Shown here one piece after another: positions 51,203-62,000 of a stretch of DNA of 62,000 nucleotides; positions within the stretch are counted from its first letter, which is position 1, and every line of letters begins with the position of its first letter. The stretch is from the NCBI RefSeq assembly GCF_964275005.1, contig NC_092704.1:31806001-31868000 (forward strand), written 5' to 3'. Under the pieces are notes generated by a model that was not told the DNA's origin, ran no database searches, and saw nothing but the letters and a program-made list of their open reading frames with translations. The DNA comes from Diadema setosum (Eukaryota). A program made the translations under genes and the position numbers.

Positions 51203-51866
51203 CCCTGCACCTCAAAACAAACAAAAAGTCGCCTGACATGAATTTTTAGTTAAGACCATGTTCTGAAAGAGCAGACTTTAAGCTTTAAAATGATGTATAA
51301 CTCAAACCAAATGGTATTGGAAAGAAATCACAAACTCAGGAAAAGTGTGAACTGAGAAAAGAGGCTCTGAAGTACAGTGTCTATTCAAGCGCTTAATCTT
51401 TACCAAACCGCGCTGGCTGTGCGATGAATGGGACAAAAAACAGGAAGTAAACCACCAGAGTAACAACAATGAAGGGATTATCAAATTAGACTGAAATTAA
51501 GCATGCCTCATTAACACATTCTGTCCATAATTGATGCCAACTTTCAAAGCGTTAGCACTATCCTTTCAAAAGTTATTAGAGTTGAAAATGAAGAGTGTGG
51601 ACAAGGTTTTTAAGAAATGGAAAAGGGATTCTAAAGACACACCTAATCACACTATTCTACCAAAAATGTTCGAGATAAACTGCTGAAAAAACACACTTTT
51701 TTGCCCGTTTTATGATACCAAATTTTAGCATAATGTAAAAGAAGACCCGCTCTTTCAGAAAATATGAAAAAGTCAAGTTCGGGTAGGTTGACCCATTTCA
51801 CTTATTTTCAGTCCTCACGCAAAATCAGTGTGTGCGACCTTATGTTCGTTTTGAGGTGCACGGTCA
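51200..51866. mobile_element. TIR MITE, TGTGACCCTGCA family, embedded in (TA)n
   Basis: (TA)n-TGACCCTGCACCTCAAAAC ... GTTTTGAGGTGCACGGTCA-(TA)n. Confidence 0.85.
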
Positions 51867-51947
<81 letters not shown>

Positions 51948-52334
51948 CTATATATAACATATATATCTTTTCTTTTCTTGAACAAAGTTTAGTGTTTCAT
52001 CAAAAAGGCACATTTCATGCGGGAATATGACACTAGACCGTCATTTGCTCGGTCACCTGCCATTACGTACACACAAATGAGTGCCTCTTTTCTTATTTAG
52101 ATAAACAAACTTTTTTTTTATACATACTGAGTAAAATATCACTATACCTTATTTTTGTAAACCTTTAATGTCTGTTTCTTGTTTTTCTGTTGCTCCTGAC
52201 AGATCACATATTGTCAGAAACATGGTTGCTAAATCTCTCAACGTAGAGGCACATTGATGACTTAATATGAAAATCGGCTTCATGCTTGTGAAACGGAGAT
52301 TTAAGGTACTTAATGTATCTGATTTCATGATAGT

Positions 52335-52952
52335 GTTACGTGTGCAGACACCTACAAGCTACCTATAAGGTAAAGCACAGGGATAATGCTTCCAACATCA
52401 AGATCTTTGAGGCGATCTGTATCAACTGCCTGACGGCCACGTTCAATCTGAACCTTTTATTCCCTTAACTCAATAACATCAAGGCAGGGACGATGCAGTT
52501 CTACTAATCATTTCCCCCTAAATAAGTGTTTTGTAATTTACAATGAAGCACTTGACAAACAAGAATAAATCAGGTGTGAGTTCCTACAATTTGTCTCCCT
52601 CTACAAATGAAATTTGTTACGATCGCAAGTGCAGAGCAGCAGTTGCGATCTTTAAAAAAAAAATCATTTGTAGAGGGAGACAAATTGAAGAAACTTCACC
52701 CCTCTGAATAATCATTTCGGTCTCAAGATTAAGATTGGATAACATACGTGTGCAAGTACAAAGTATATTATGCTATTAAAACAGACATCTTTGCACAGAT
52801 GCACTGGATTCTTTTATGAACATCTTTGCACAAGAAATGTGTAGTCATGAGATTGAACATGACGGTACAGGTCGTCTCAAGGATCATGATGTTGGATGTA
52901 TATTTCCCAGTGTTTTCCCTGGGGTGTGACTGTACGTGTCTGCATGCGTAAC
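52335..52952. mobile_element. Fold-back (palindromic) element of about 620 bp
   Basis: GTTACGTGTGCAGACAC pairs with GTGTCTGCATGCGTAAC; central arms CAATTTGTCTCCCTCTACAAATGA and TCATTTGTAGAGGGAGACAAATTG. Confidence 0.7.
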
Positions 52953-53909
52953 TTCGTTAATTTTTATTGTATGTTTCTCTCACTGGTTTGTGTAAAAGTC
53001 ATGTGTAAGATAATATATAAACTATTATGAGCAGAGTATGAATCTTATATCCCGATCAGGAAATGAATAACCAATACTGCAGACATTGATTTATTGATAT
53101 TTCTGACCGAGACTCCATGTTACTCTATTCGTAGATGAAGGATGAAAACATGGAGTGACAAGTGTTCATTAGTATATGGTGTAGTGAAATAAAGTCTGTG
53201 AGCATTATGAACACTTCGTTTGGTTTTTTCAATGTCAGGGATGGTATAGTTTTGGTTCAGATTGCAAGGGATTCAGATTTTAACTTTTTTGAGAGATAAT
53301 TAGAAACCACATATATGACATATCAACGAGCACAGAATTCAAAGAGGAATCCAGTGTCTATTTTATGACAAATGGTTTTGAAATGACTTAGATATCCAGT
53401 TGATGGCGCTGTCGGAGAGAGAAGTCAAAATGTAGTAGTCCTTTTACTCTTGAATGTAGTGGCGGGCTGCTGTTTTGAAAGTATCCTTTTTATGTGTTAA
53501 AGCCGATGACAGTACACTCCTCTCTTTGATAACCCTTGATATAAATCATTTCTTGTAACAGTTTTTACTTGAGGCGATTGGGATGTAAGGCGACTCCCGG
53601 ATTCAAATCGGTTTTATTCTTTCTCATCAAAAAAATGCGAAGACTAACAATGTGAATTTACGTACAAGATGACATAAAAAATAGCTTTGAAAGAGTGCAT
53701 TCATAGCAAGATTGCACGGGTTCATTTGTAATAAAGCAAACACACGAACAGTTAAAAAACACATTAAAATCAAATTATAAAGAGTACATAAAATATCAGC
53801 TTTCACGAGAGCTGAGGAGAAAAGAAGGCAAAGGAATGGAGAAAGAGAGAGAGAGAGAAGATAGATGACATATAAATATATACAACATGTATACAATCAA
53901 TTTAAAGAA

Positions 53910-53952
<43 letters not shown>

Positions 53953-54055
53953 GCAAAGTGTGGCTAACAAGCATGAGCTTAACAACTATCGACATGTTCA
54001 TGATAATGAGTATTGCACACACACTCACACACACACACACATACACACACAATTC

Positions 54056-54443
54056 TTAAAGGGATGGTGCAGTATTGATGGACTTGAGAAATGGGCTTTT
54101 AACTTTTTGCGAGGTGCAAAGAAAATACTTATGAAATAGTACAGAGCATGCCATTTTAAGAGGAATTTAAAGTTTATTTGGTGAAAATCGGGCTTGGAAT
54201 GACTGAAACATCCAAAAACAAAGTAAAACAAAGCGATCGTAATAAAGTGTGGGTCCCACACTTATTACAGAATCGCTCTGTTTTTGATATCTCAGCCATT
54301 TCAAAACCAATTTTTATCAAATAAACGTTGAATTCCTTTTAGAATTACATGCTCTTTCATATTTCATAAGAGGTTTCTCATTATCTCACCAAAAATTGTT
54401 AGAACCCTGAAATTAGGTCTATAAAGCTATACGATCCCTTTAA
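54056..54443. mobile_element. Kolobok-like MITE
   Basis: TTAA|AGGGATGGTG ... CTATACGATCCCT|TTAA; body homologous to 35119-35414. Confidence 0.75.
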
Positions 54444-54799
54444 ACTGTTAAAAGAAGATTTTTTTTATTTTTTTATTCCAAAGTACAGGTGACTTCCGTC
54501 CACGGGACCGGTAGCCTACCCCGACATATCGAAACCTCGTCACAACCAAACAGAATAATTTCATGCAAGCAAACATAATATAGATGACAACCTTGGGACC
54601 TGAAATTCCACTGCGCTGCAAAAATGACTTCGCTATAACCTCGTGTTGTGCATGGGGTGTATCATCACACACATAATAACGTGACTATGAAAAGGCACAA
54701 TATGAATGCTTTGCTTGTAATGGATAAGGAGAGGGGATGTGAAACATAATATGGAGGAATTAATTTTTTATGTAATCCAGATAAATGCAAAATTGATGA

Positions 54800-55068
54800 T
54801 TTTCCTTTTTTTTTTCATCACAGTGTACGTGTGAACCCGAGCTGTTTCCCAGCGAAATCAATTAATAATGATACTTTTCGCTGATAGGCCTAGACATTTC
54901 CCCCGTGTTTGTCATTGTCAATGGTGATGAGCGTTTTAGGAAAATTAGCAATTTATTGTCGATGAATTGCGAAACCCTCATCAGCAAACTATGATAAATT
55001 GTCTCGCTGTCACTTTTTTTTAGTTGACTGCCGAATCACGAAAAATCCGCATGATCAAGAGTTTTTGT

Positions 55069-55115
<47 letters not shown>

Positions 55116-55288
55116 AACACAGTGACATAAAAAGGATGTCGTGATAGGAAAAGTGCTCAATCTGTAACTTCAACAGGACAGGTGTCAGCGAGAAGTCGAA
55201 AATATTCAGTCACTGACTCACTGCCCATTTCCAAGATTCAAGAAGCTTGTGAAGGACTTGCAGGTCGCAGTGCCGTATCATGGTAAGT
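54800..55288 (+). promoter_or_regulatory. Conserved promoter/exon-1 block of gene D, ending ATG|gtaagt
   Basis: Closest to copy 1 (gattcaagaag-ttgtgaaggact shared); contains an expanded (TG)n. Confidence 0.62.
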
Positions 55289-55311
55289 TGTCTTATTATG
55301 ACTGTATGGCA

Positions 55312-55682
55312 TTAGAGGCATAATTTGCGGTTTGCAGATGAAACAAAAACCCAGCAACAGATCTTCGAAATAGTTGGTAAAATTTGAGTTGGGGATGGAA
55401 ACAACCAATCTAGTATAATGTGAATCAGTATAATCGATGTTAAGTATTGTTACATATACAAAATGTAACGAATAGTAATAATAAAAAAGTTTCCAGACTA
55501 AACCATCTACAGTTAGGATTTATTGAGAAAAATAGTAATATCTCCTTATAAGGCTCTATTGTAAAAAAAAAATGTATATGTAGGATGTTTTGTGATACGA
55601 CTCACCTACACATATGCATCAAATGTGATGTCTTGAACATTTTTTTAAAATCATTGCTCTCAAAGGTAAACAGGACCTTTAA
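55312..55682. mobile_element. Kolobok-like MITE about 30 nt into gene D intron 1
   Basis: TTAG|AGGCATAAT ... GGTAAACAGGACCT|TTAA; absent from the homologous positions after 13046 and 18016. Confidence 0.75.
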
Positions 55683-56348
55683 TAATATTAGGGAGGGGGG
55701 CTCATAAGGTGTTTTTTTTTTTTTTTTTTTTTAGGTGTACTTGCCTGTCATGTTACCTGTGTGGTTTTTCCTGGCTAATTCAAAAGTTATTGCCTCAACA
55801 CTTGCTCAATGAATTTGATGTATGAAAGAGACTGATAACATGTGATGGTTTATTAGCGGCAGTACTGCTCATCTTATTGTATCTATAGAGTTTTAACAAG
55901 GATGGCGGTTGTGTTTAGTGTATAATGCTAACGTAGAAAATACATCATGCTTGTTCCACGTGCAATACATTATCAGATCAACTTGCTTTCACGTTCACGA
56001 ATTGGCTGAGTTTGTTTCAAATTCTAGTAAGGTGAAATGTATTAGGTGTTACAAAAAAAATTAACATTTTTGATCCTTGATAGTTCAAAAACTATATAGA
56101 TCGGGTAACACTGAAGTTGATATAGGCAATAGCTGAATAGTGTGCAGTTTTGTTGGTGGTAAGTTTAAAATGATAGCATAACTTAGTTTCATTAAATTCA
56201 AGATTTGTTTTTAAGTAAGGTTTCAAATTTTGTTCTGTTTTCAACCTCTGTACAAAATTTTAATTTTGCACAGGGATCAATTGGTGTGTATGGGAGTGTG
56301 TGGTTGATACCCTGACAATGGTCCTGAACAATGCCCAGGATCGGGATA

Positions 56349-56650
56349 CTCCAGATACCCCAAATCAAAACAAAAGTTACTTTAGGTGACCGATTATTTT
56401 CTTGTGCAGACCCTAGATTGTGGAAAAGATTACCATTAGACAAACGGAAATGTCAGACTTTAGACAGCTTTAAATCAAAAGTGAAAACTTTTTTGTTTTA
56501 GCATGGGCCTATTTCTTTTTACTTCCCATGCAGCATTATGCAACATAAGAATTTAAGAGCTCATAAAGCGCGGTAGAATACTGTAGACATAGTTTCTGCG
56601 CTTAAGAATTGATTTATAATTATTATTATTATTACTATTATTATTATTAT
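56349..56650 (+). mobile_element. Degenerate L2-type LINE 3' fragment
   Basis: 56349-56501 reads LQIPQIKTKVTLGDRLFSCADPRLWKRLP...DSFKSKVKTFLF*, the L2 ORF2 C-terminal pattern; followed by a (TAT)n tail. Confidence 0.75.
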
Positions 56651-59294
56651 AAGAAATTCCACTATCACAGCTAGTCTTTATTCATCCTGAAATGTAGTGT
56701 ATGCAAGGACATGAAAACATGTGCTTATTATTTTTTTTTTCATGTGCACACATCTTACCCTTTACCCTGAATTCAGGCTAGCAGTCCCAGGGCAATCTAT
56801 CTGTCTATCATTAATTATTAATAAAGCATTTATATGCCTTGGAGAAAGAGTCCAGAAGCCTAGTCGGCAGAGCTCTGAAAAGGTGTTATTCGTGGTATTC
56901 ATGTCTATTGTTCTGGGTCATTGTAATCACACACTCACATACACATCACTGAATCCTGTGAAAAGTTAAATTTTGTACAGAGGGTCCAAATTTGACCAAA
57001 ATCTGGAACTTAGCTTTAAAATTAATCATAGATTTAATGAAACTGATTCATGCTCTCATATTCAAATCACCTCCAACAAAATTGTACACTATTCAGCTTT
57101 TATTCATATCAATGACAGTGTTTTCTGATGTATAGTTTTCGAACTATTGAGGATCAAAAGTGGGAAATGTTTTTTGTAACACCAGTACCAGTGACTACCG
57201 GTAACGCGGAATTCTACAAGTCCGTAATGGGACAGACACTTTTCATTGTGTACGCCTTTGTTTTTTAAGTGTTCCATTATCATCGAATAAAGTGACAATG
57301 GTGAAGTAAAGCCACCGTAACTCACAATTGTATTGAGAAACAGTCTAGTGAACATTCACTAAAATTTGATACAGTTTTGAAATCGGTGTTGAACTATTGA
57401 TCTCACCACGAAATATTTCCAATACATATAACCTTCTTCTCTATTCAAACCCCAGTATGAAAGGAGTATAAGAATAGAATCTTGTTATAACTAAGGTTCC
57501 TTCTCAAATTATGGGAGTTGCACAATCTGATCGTTGCTGTCCTATTTCAGATATCGCTTGTAAAATAGAAATCATTACAAATAGAAAAAAAAAGGACTTG
57601 CAGATGACTTGTGGTTTACAAGTTTAGAAGTATAATCTACGGATTCTGGCGTGAAACAAGAGGAAACTATGATTATGTTGTGGATAGTTTTGTGTGTTTT
57701 TTTATTGATGCAAAGAAGGCCTACTTATTCTGCTTTGATGTATTCATTATCATTGTTGATAAAACCCAATTTTTGTACTTTTCTTTATTCAGCTTTCGAG
57801 TGCATTCTGCAAATTATCATTTATCAAATTATCATCAATTATCAACGAAGTGAGTTGGGTACAATTAAGTGGTGCGTGGCGTGACTGTTGAATAAAACAG
57901 GCTTTTGTATAAGGACATCCAGTGCTTCTTCATCACTCTGTCTGCCACAGTATCATGCAAAATATGACGTATTGAATGTATGATTTATATCAATGCAATT
58001 TGATCTGGTATCGAGATGATTGTTTCAAGAATTTGCGACAGGTATTAGGCAGTAACTTTAGTTTCAAACGCCATTCTGGGAATCTACACCCTACAAGCAA
58101 TGCTTCTATGTAGATTCCTCATATTTCACATGTTTTATTGTCTTATAAGCTGTACTTGACAATTCATCCAGGCTTTTGTATCGTGATGTTTATGTTTTAT
58201 GTATTTGTTGAAATGTGGAATATGGAACAATAAAAAACAAACAAAACAAAAACAAACATTCACATATTATGCAATGACTTTGTACTCTGTCAGGATATGA
58301 TAACAACATCTGATTGCATGCGCGATGTTTCCGTATTTAAAATGCAAGTATTTTTTTTAATAAGTTGTAACTGAGTCTGGTGCATGATTCAGTTAGGGCA
58401 TCAGTCGGGCACAATGCATTTTACACATGGTGGTGGTTGGGGCATTCATGGAGGTTCAGTGGGGGTGTGGGGGAGAATGGGGCTTGATTAATGAGATTTG
58501 TCATATTATGTGTTTATTTGTTAAACATACTTTGCATGACTTTGCTCAGGTTGCTACAATGACTACGGATAAGTGTTTGAATTGATTTATTCAAGCTAAA
58601 GCTTTATTCATGTTTGTTTGTTATAAAATTATGCTCGATTTGGCATCTAAAGTATGTAAACTTTAGTTAGATATATGTTTGTTTTCCTGATTGCTTTTAT
58701 TTCAGATAAGATATCGGTTTAAATGGAAAATTTTGTGAAGATAACGACGAACACAACCGCATATATCACGTGCATTTGTTCTTGTCTGTGCAAAAATTCG
58801 TATTTGTTTCTGCAATAAGCCAGTTCGCAGTATCAGAGTGCGCATGAACAGAAAAAAAAGGTAATTCGTACCAACAGTTACAGGAATGGTGGTTTTTAAA
58901 TTCACCGTAATAAGCATCTGTGATGTGATTATTATTCATGTAACTTTTAAAAATGCTGCTTGCCAGCACACCCATCTGACAGCAAATAGTATTTGGCAAT
59001 ATCAATAGGAAGAGATTGTTCATATTTTAAATGCAAAATGTATTATAAAATCGATACTTGCCCATTAGTGTTAATTGACGGATCATTCTGATCAACTGGT
59101 AAAGCAGGTTCGTATCATTAATTGTTTGAACAGGATTGATGAATCCCATAAATTGTTACGTAAAATTTAGCATTGTTTCGATCTGAAAAAGAGTGAAATG
59201 CCCCTAACCGAATGAGAGAAAAAAAAAGGTCATTCGTATGAATGTGCACATAAGCTAACTTCGAAGTGGCTTACAGGATTCGGATAATAGTCTA

Positions 59295-59374
59295 CATGGG
59301 AGGAGCACAATGCATAATGTAAAAAGCTTTGGCTCATGGGAGGAGCACAATGCATAATGTAAAAAGCTTTGGCT
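59295..59374. repeat. Perfect 2 x 40-bp tandem repeat
   Basis: catgggaggagcacaatgcataatgtaaaaagctttggct occurs twice. Confidence 0.95.
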
Positions 59375-59853
59375 TGTGAGACCTTTATCAATGAAAGTTG
59401 CTATGCAAGAACATGTCTTGATACATTTAACATGCGGCCAGCTTGCCGGGATCGAAGCTCAGGTGTTCCGATGGCTCTTTGAAATCAGGTGCTAGTGCTC
59501 GGGTGGGGTACGCTTTAGCTGATGTACACTATCTCTGTTTGTCTCGCTCCGGGGCCGCTCCGGACCGGCGGAAGGAAAGCGGGATGGGCACGTGGTGGGT
59601 GGGGGAAGTACTGGTGGTAGCGGGTCGTTCGCGGCTGTCTGTGTGCTGGGCGAGGCGCCGCGTCGGTTGTGGAGCAGCAGCTGGTCGGTCGTCTCGTGCT
59701 CGTTTGCCTGTATGGTGGCCTTTCTGATTATAGTGTTTAGCAGAAACTTGATTTTATTTTATGCGGTTATTATGATTCATTCATCGCAGATGTTGCATAA
59801 TATACCACACCATATTCAACCATTATAATGGTGAATATTGTGGTTTTGAATAT

Positions 59854-61012
59854 TATAGGTTTTCCCGTCCAACTTCTGCAGATTTCCAATTCGAATCAAT
59901 AACATGGCGTTCATATTCGAGCGATTTTGGTCACTGCTCTACTCTCACGATTCATTTTAATTCTTTGAGTATTCAATTTCATGTCTTTCCTTTGAGATTT
60001 TATTTCATTCAATTTAGAGAGGAATTCATTCAATGTAACGTCTCAAAGTAGGCTTCAATTTCGCGCCAGCTGGATAGACGTTCAAATTCCTCCAAATATC
60101 AGTTTCAATTTCATTGCTAGGAATACAACTTCGCCCTTTTAACGTTCGAATTCAATCAACATACAAAACTTCTCCGGGCCTTTTTTCACTGTCATATTGG
60201 ATGATACAATTTCATTTTCATTTCAAAGTCTCATTTAATCATCTTGATTGCATTGTATGTATTTCTTTCCTATCAACCTTTCTTTCATTCTAAATTCATC
60301 CCTAACAGAATGGATATTACATTTAGGAAATAACCATATCCCACAATATCTTATAGGGTCCTATACGTCAAATCCATATCGATCCATTTTGAATCCATTC
60401 CTTAGTTTCCCATGTCCAAATCATAAGTTGCCGCAATCGGATCAGCTGTAGATAGACCTATTTCACCAAAGAATTTTATCGTTAGTTTTGCAGGTTGTCA
60501 AGGTCATGCTTCCTCCACTAATTCTGCCTGTATTCGAGATGTTCACGCATACTTTGCATGTTGTAGCAAGCGGCTAAAATCGTGTATGAATAAAATGTAA
60601 ATGCGTGTGTCTGAAAGTGGGGTTATGGCGAGTTATTAGCCAGTATGAGTAAACAAATAACATTTCAATGTATATCAAGTTTGTATATTCAAACACCTGA
60701 TTTACAAAGCATGAAGCAATGACAAAAGAAGACTGCCCATACTTTGTAATTGTTTGCCTTATCGTGAATTTGAATTCCTTGACGCTCTCCACGGCTGAAT
60801 TTGAATGCGTTGCACTTGCATTGTTAATTTGAATGCTCTTTTTACACCCTTGTGTGAGAAGCTCATGATATCGCATGCTGATTAAATTAAATTGAATGAA
60901 CTAGGTACCTTTTTGAATGTCGATCTCGGTGATCATTCAACTTCACTCGAGCTGAATGACTGCATTGTTAAATCGAATGCAAATCTGATGAAATTGGACG
61001 GGAAAACCTATA
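59854..61012. mobile_element. Non-autonomous TIR element related to 33160-34427
   Basis: TATAGGTTTTCCCGTCCAA ... TTGGACGGGAAAACCTATA. Confidence 0.8.
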
Positions 61013-61770
61013 GTTATCAATCAAATATTTATTGTTAAACATAGAAGTAGATATTTTTTTTAATACTCAAGCGCCTCTCTTGTTCTCTCCACTTTCAATT
61101 CATTCAATTGATTTATTTTCATACTTCTCGTATATGAATATTACATGTACAACAGAAATAATAATACAAGTTCTTTTACTTTGTAAACAATGTGCAAAAA
61201 CAAACAATATACTTGGTAATAACACATCAATTGTAATGATAACTGGTCGAAATTGAAATGGGGTTGAACAAAGAGAAGTATGACGGGACCTACATGAAAG
61301 CAAGCTTGTTTGGCTGTAAGCCCCGAGTAATCAGTGTTTGTGAAAAAGAAACGGAGAACGGATAGAAGATAAGACCAGGCAAGTCAATGGTACCAAATAA
61401 GAAAAGCGGGGTATGCCTATGTGATAAAAAAAAAGGAAAGGAAAACAAAAAAACTATACTAAAATGTGAACCATTGATTATTGTGACCAAGCTATCATTC
61501 GTTTCCGGAGTAGAACATGATTTGCATATAGAGCCTACTTTGGTTTACACTACAAACTGTTATCATATTAAAACTATCACAAGGTTATATTCAGTAAACA
61601 CAAAAAGTAACATGAATAGCCATTAATTCATTTGGTGCCTGCCGTCAAGCTGTGGGTTGAAAGTGGCTGGGGGGGGGGGGGAGGGAGAGAAAAGGGCAAG
61701 GTGGTAATTTGAGAATTCTTCAAATTAAGTGCACGTATTAAATTAAGATTTTAGATAACATTTGTGTCTT

Positions 61771-61810
<40 letters not shown>

Positions 61811-62000
61811 TGTGCGTCTTTATCTGTAGACGTCATAAATAATATGTTCTATTTATACGGAATAATTTATGCATTTATGTGAACGTGAATAGTGTTTTTG
61901 TCAACTGTTGTATATGACATTATGTTGTTTATAATTCTTATGCCGGTATTAAGCGAATTTATGATTTCTAACTATTTCAGCAGACGATAAACAACCTTGG

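Larger units (their letters stand above)
55280..62000 (+). other. Gene D (3'-partial): ATG-only exon 1 and long intron 1; possible exon 2 start near 61981
   Basis: ATG|gtaagt at 55280-55288 ends a promoter block homologous to 12600-13050 and 17690-18020. Downstream segments (about 55750-56030, 57700-58030, 58560-58780, 59390-59840) are collinear with gene B intron 1. Confidence 0.6.

Overview
This is AT-rich eukaryotic DNA with spliceosomal introns, microsatellites, LINE fragments and many MITEs. The repeat content suggests a marine invertebrate, probably a sea urchin, but that is inference. The main content is a + strand tandem array of four paralogous multi-exon genes that the ORF track captures only in pieces. 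Gene A is 5'-partial (1812-6232). Gene B is complete (18014-32686, about 413 aa). Gene C spans 43397-49670 (about 300 aa) with its first exon unresolved. Gene D shows only its first exon and intron (55280 to the window end). The shared plan is an exon 1 coding only ATG, a signal-peptide exon, an unrecognised 4-Cys domain, one EGF module, a variable Ser/Thr-rich stalk, and a C-terminal head. All introns after the signal exon are phase 1. The head differs between paralogs: a SUEL/rhamnose-binding lectin domain in A and C, and a 'farnesoic acid O-methyltransferase'-like domain in B. All exon calls come from manual translation, splice signals and paralog comparison, with no expression or database evidence.
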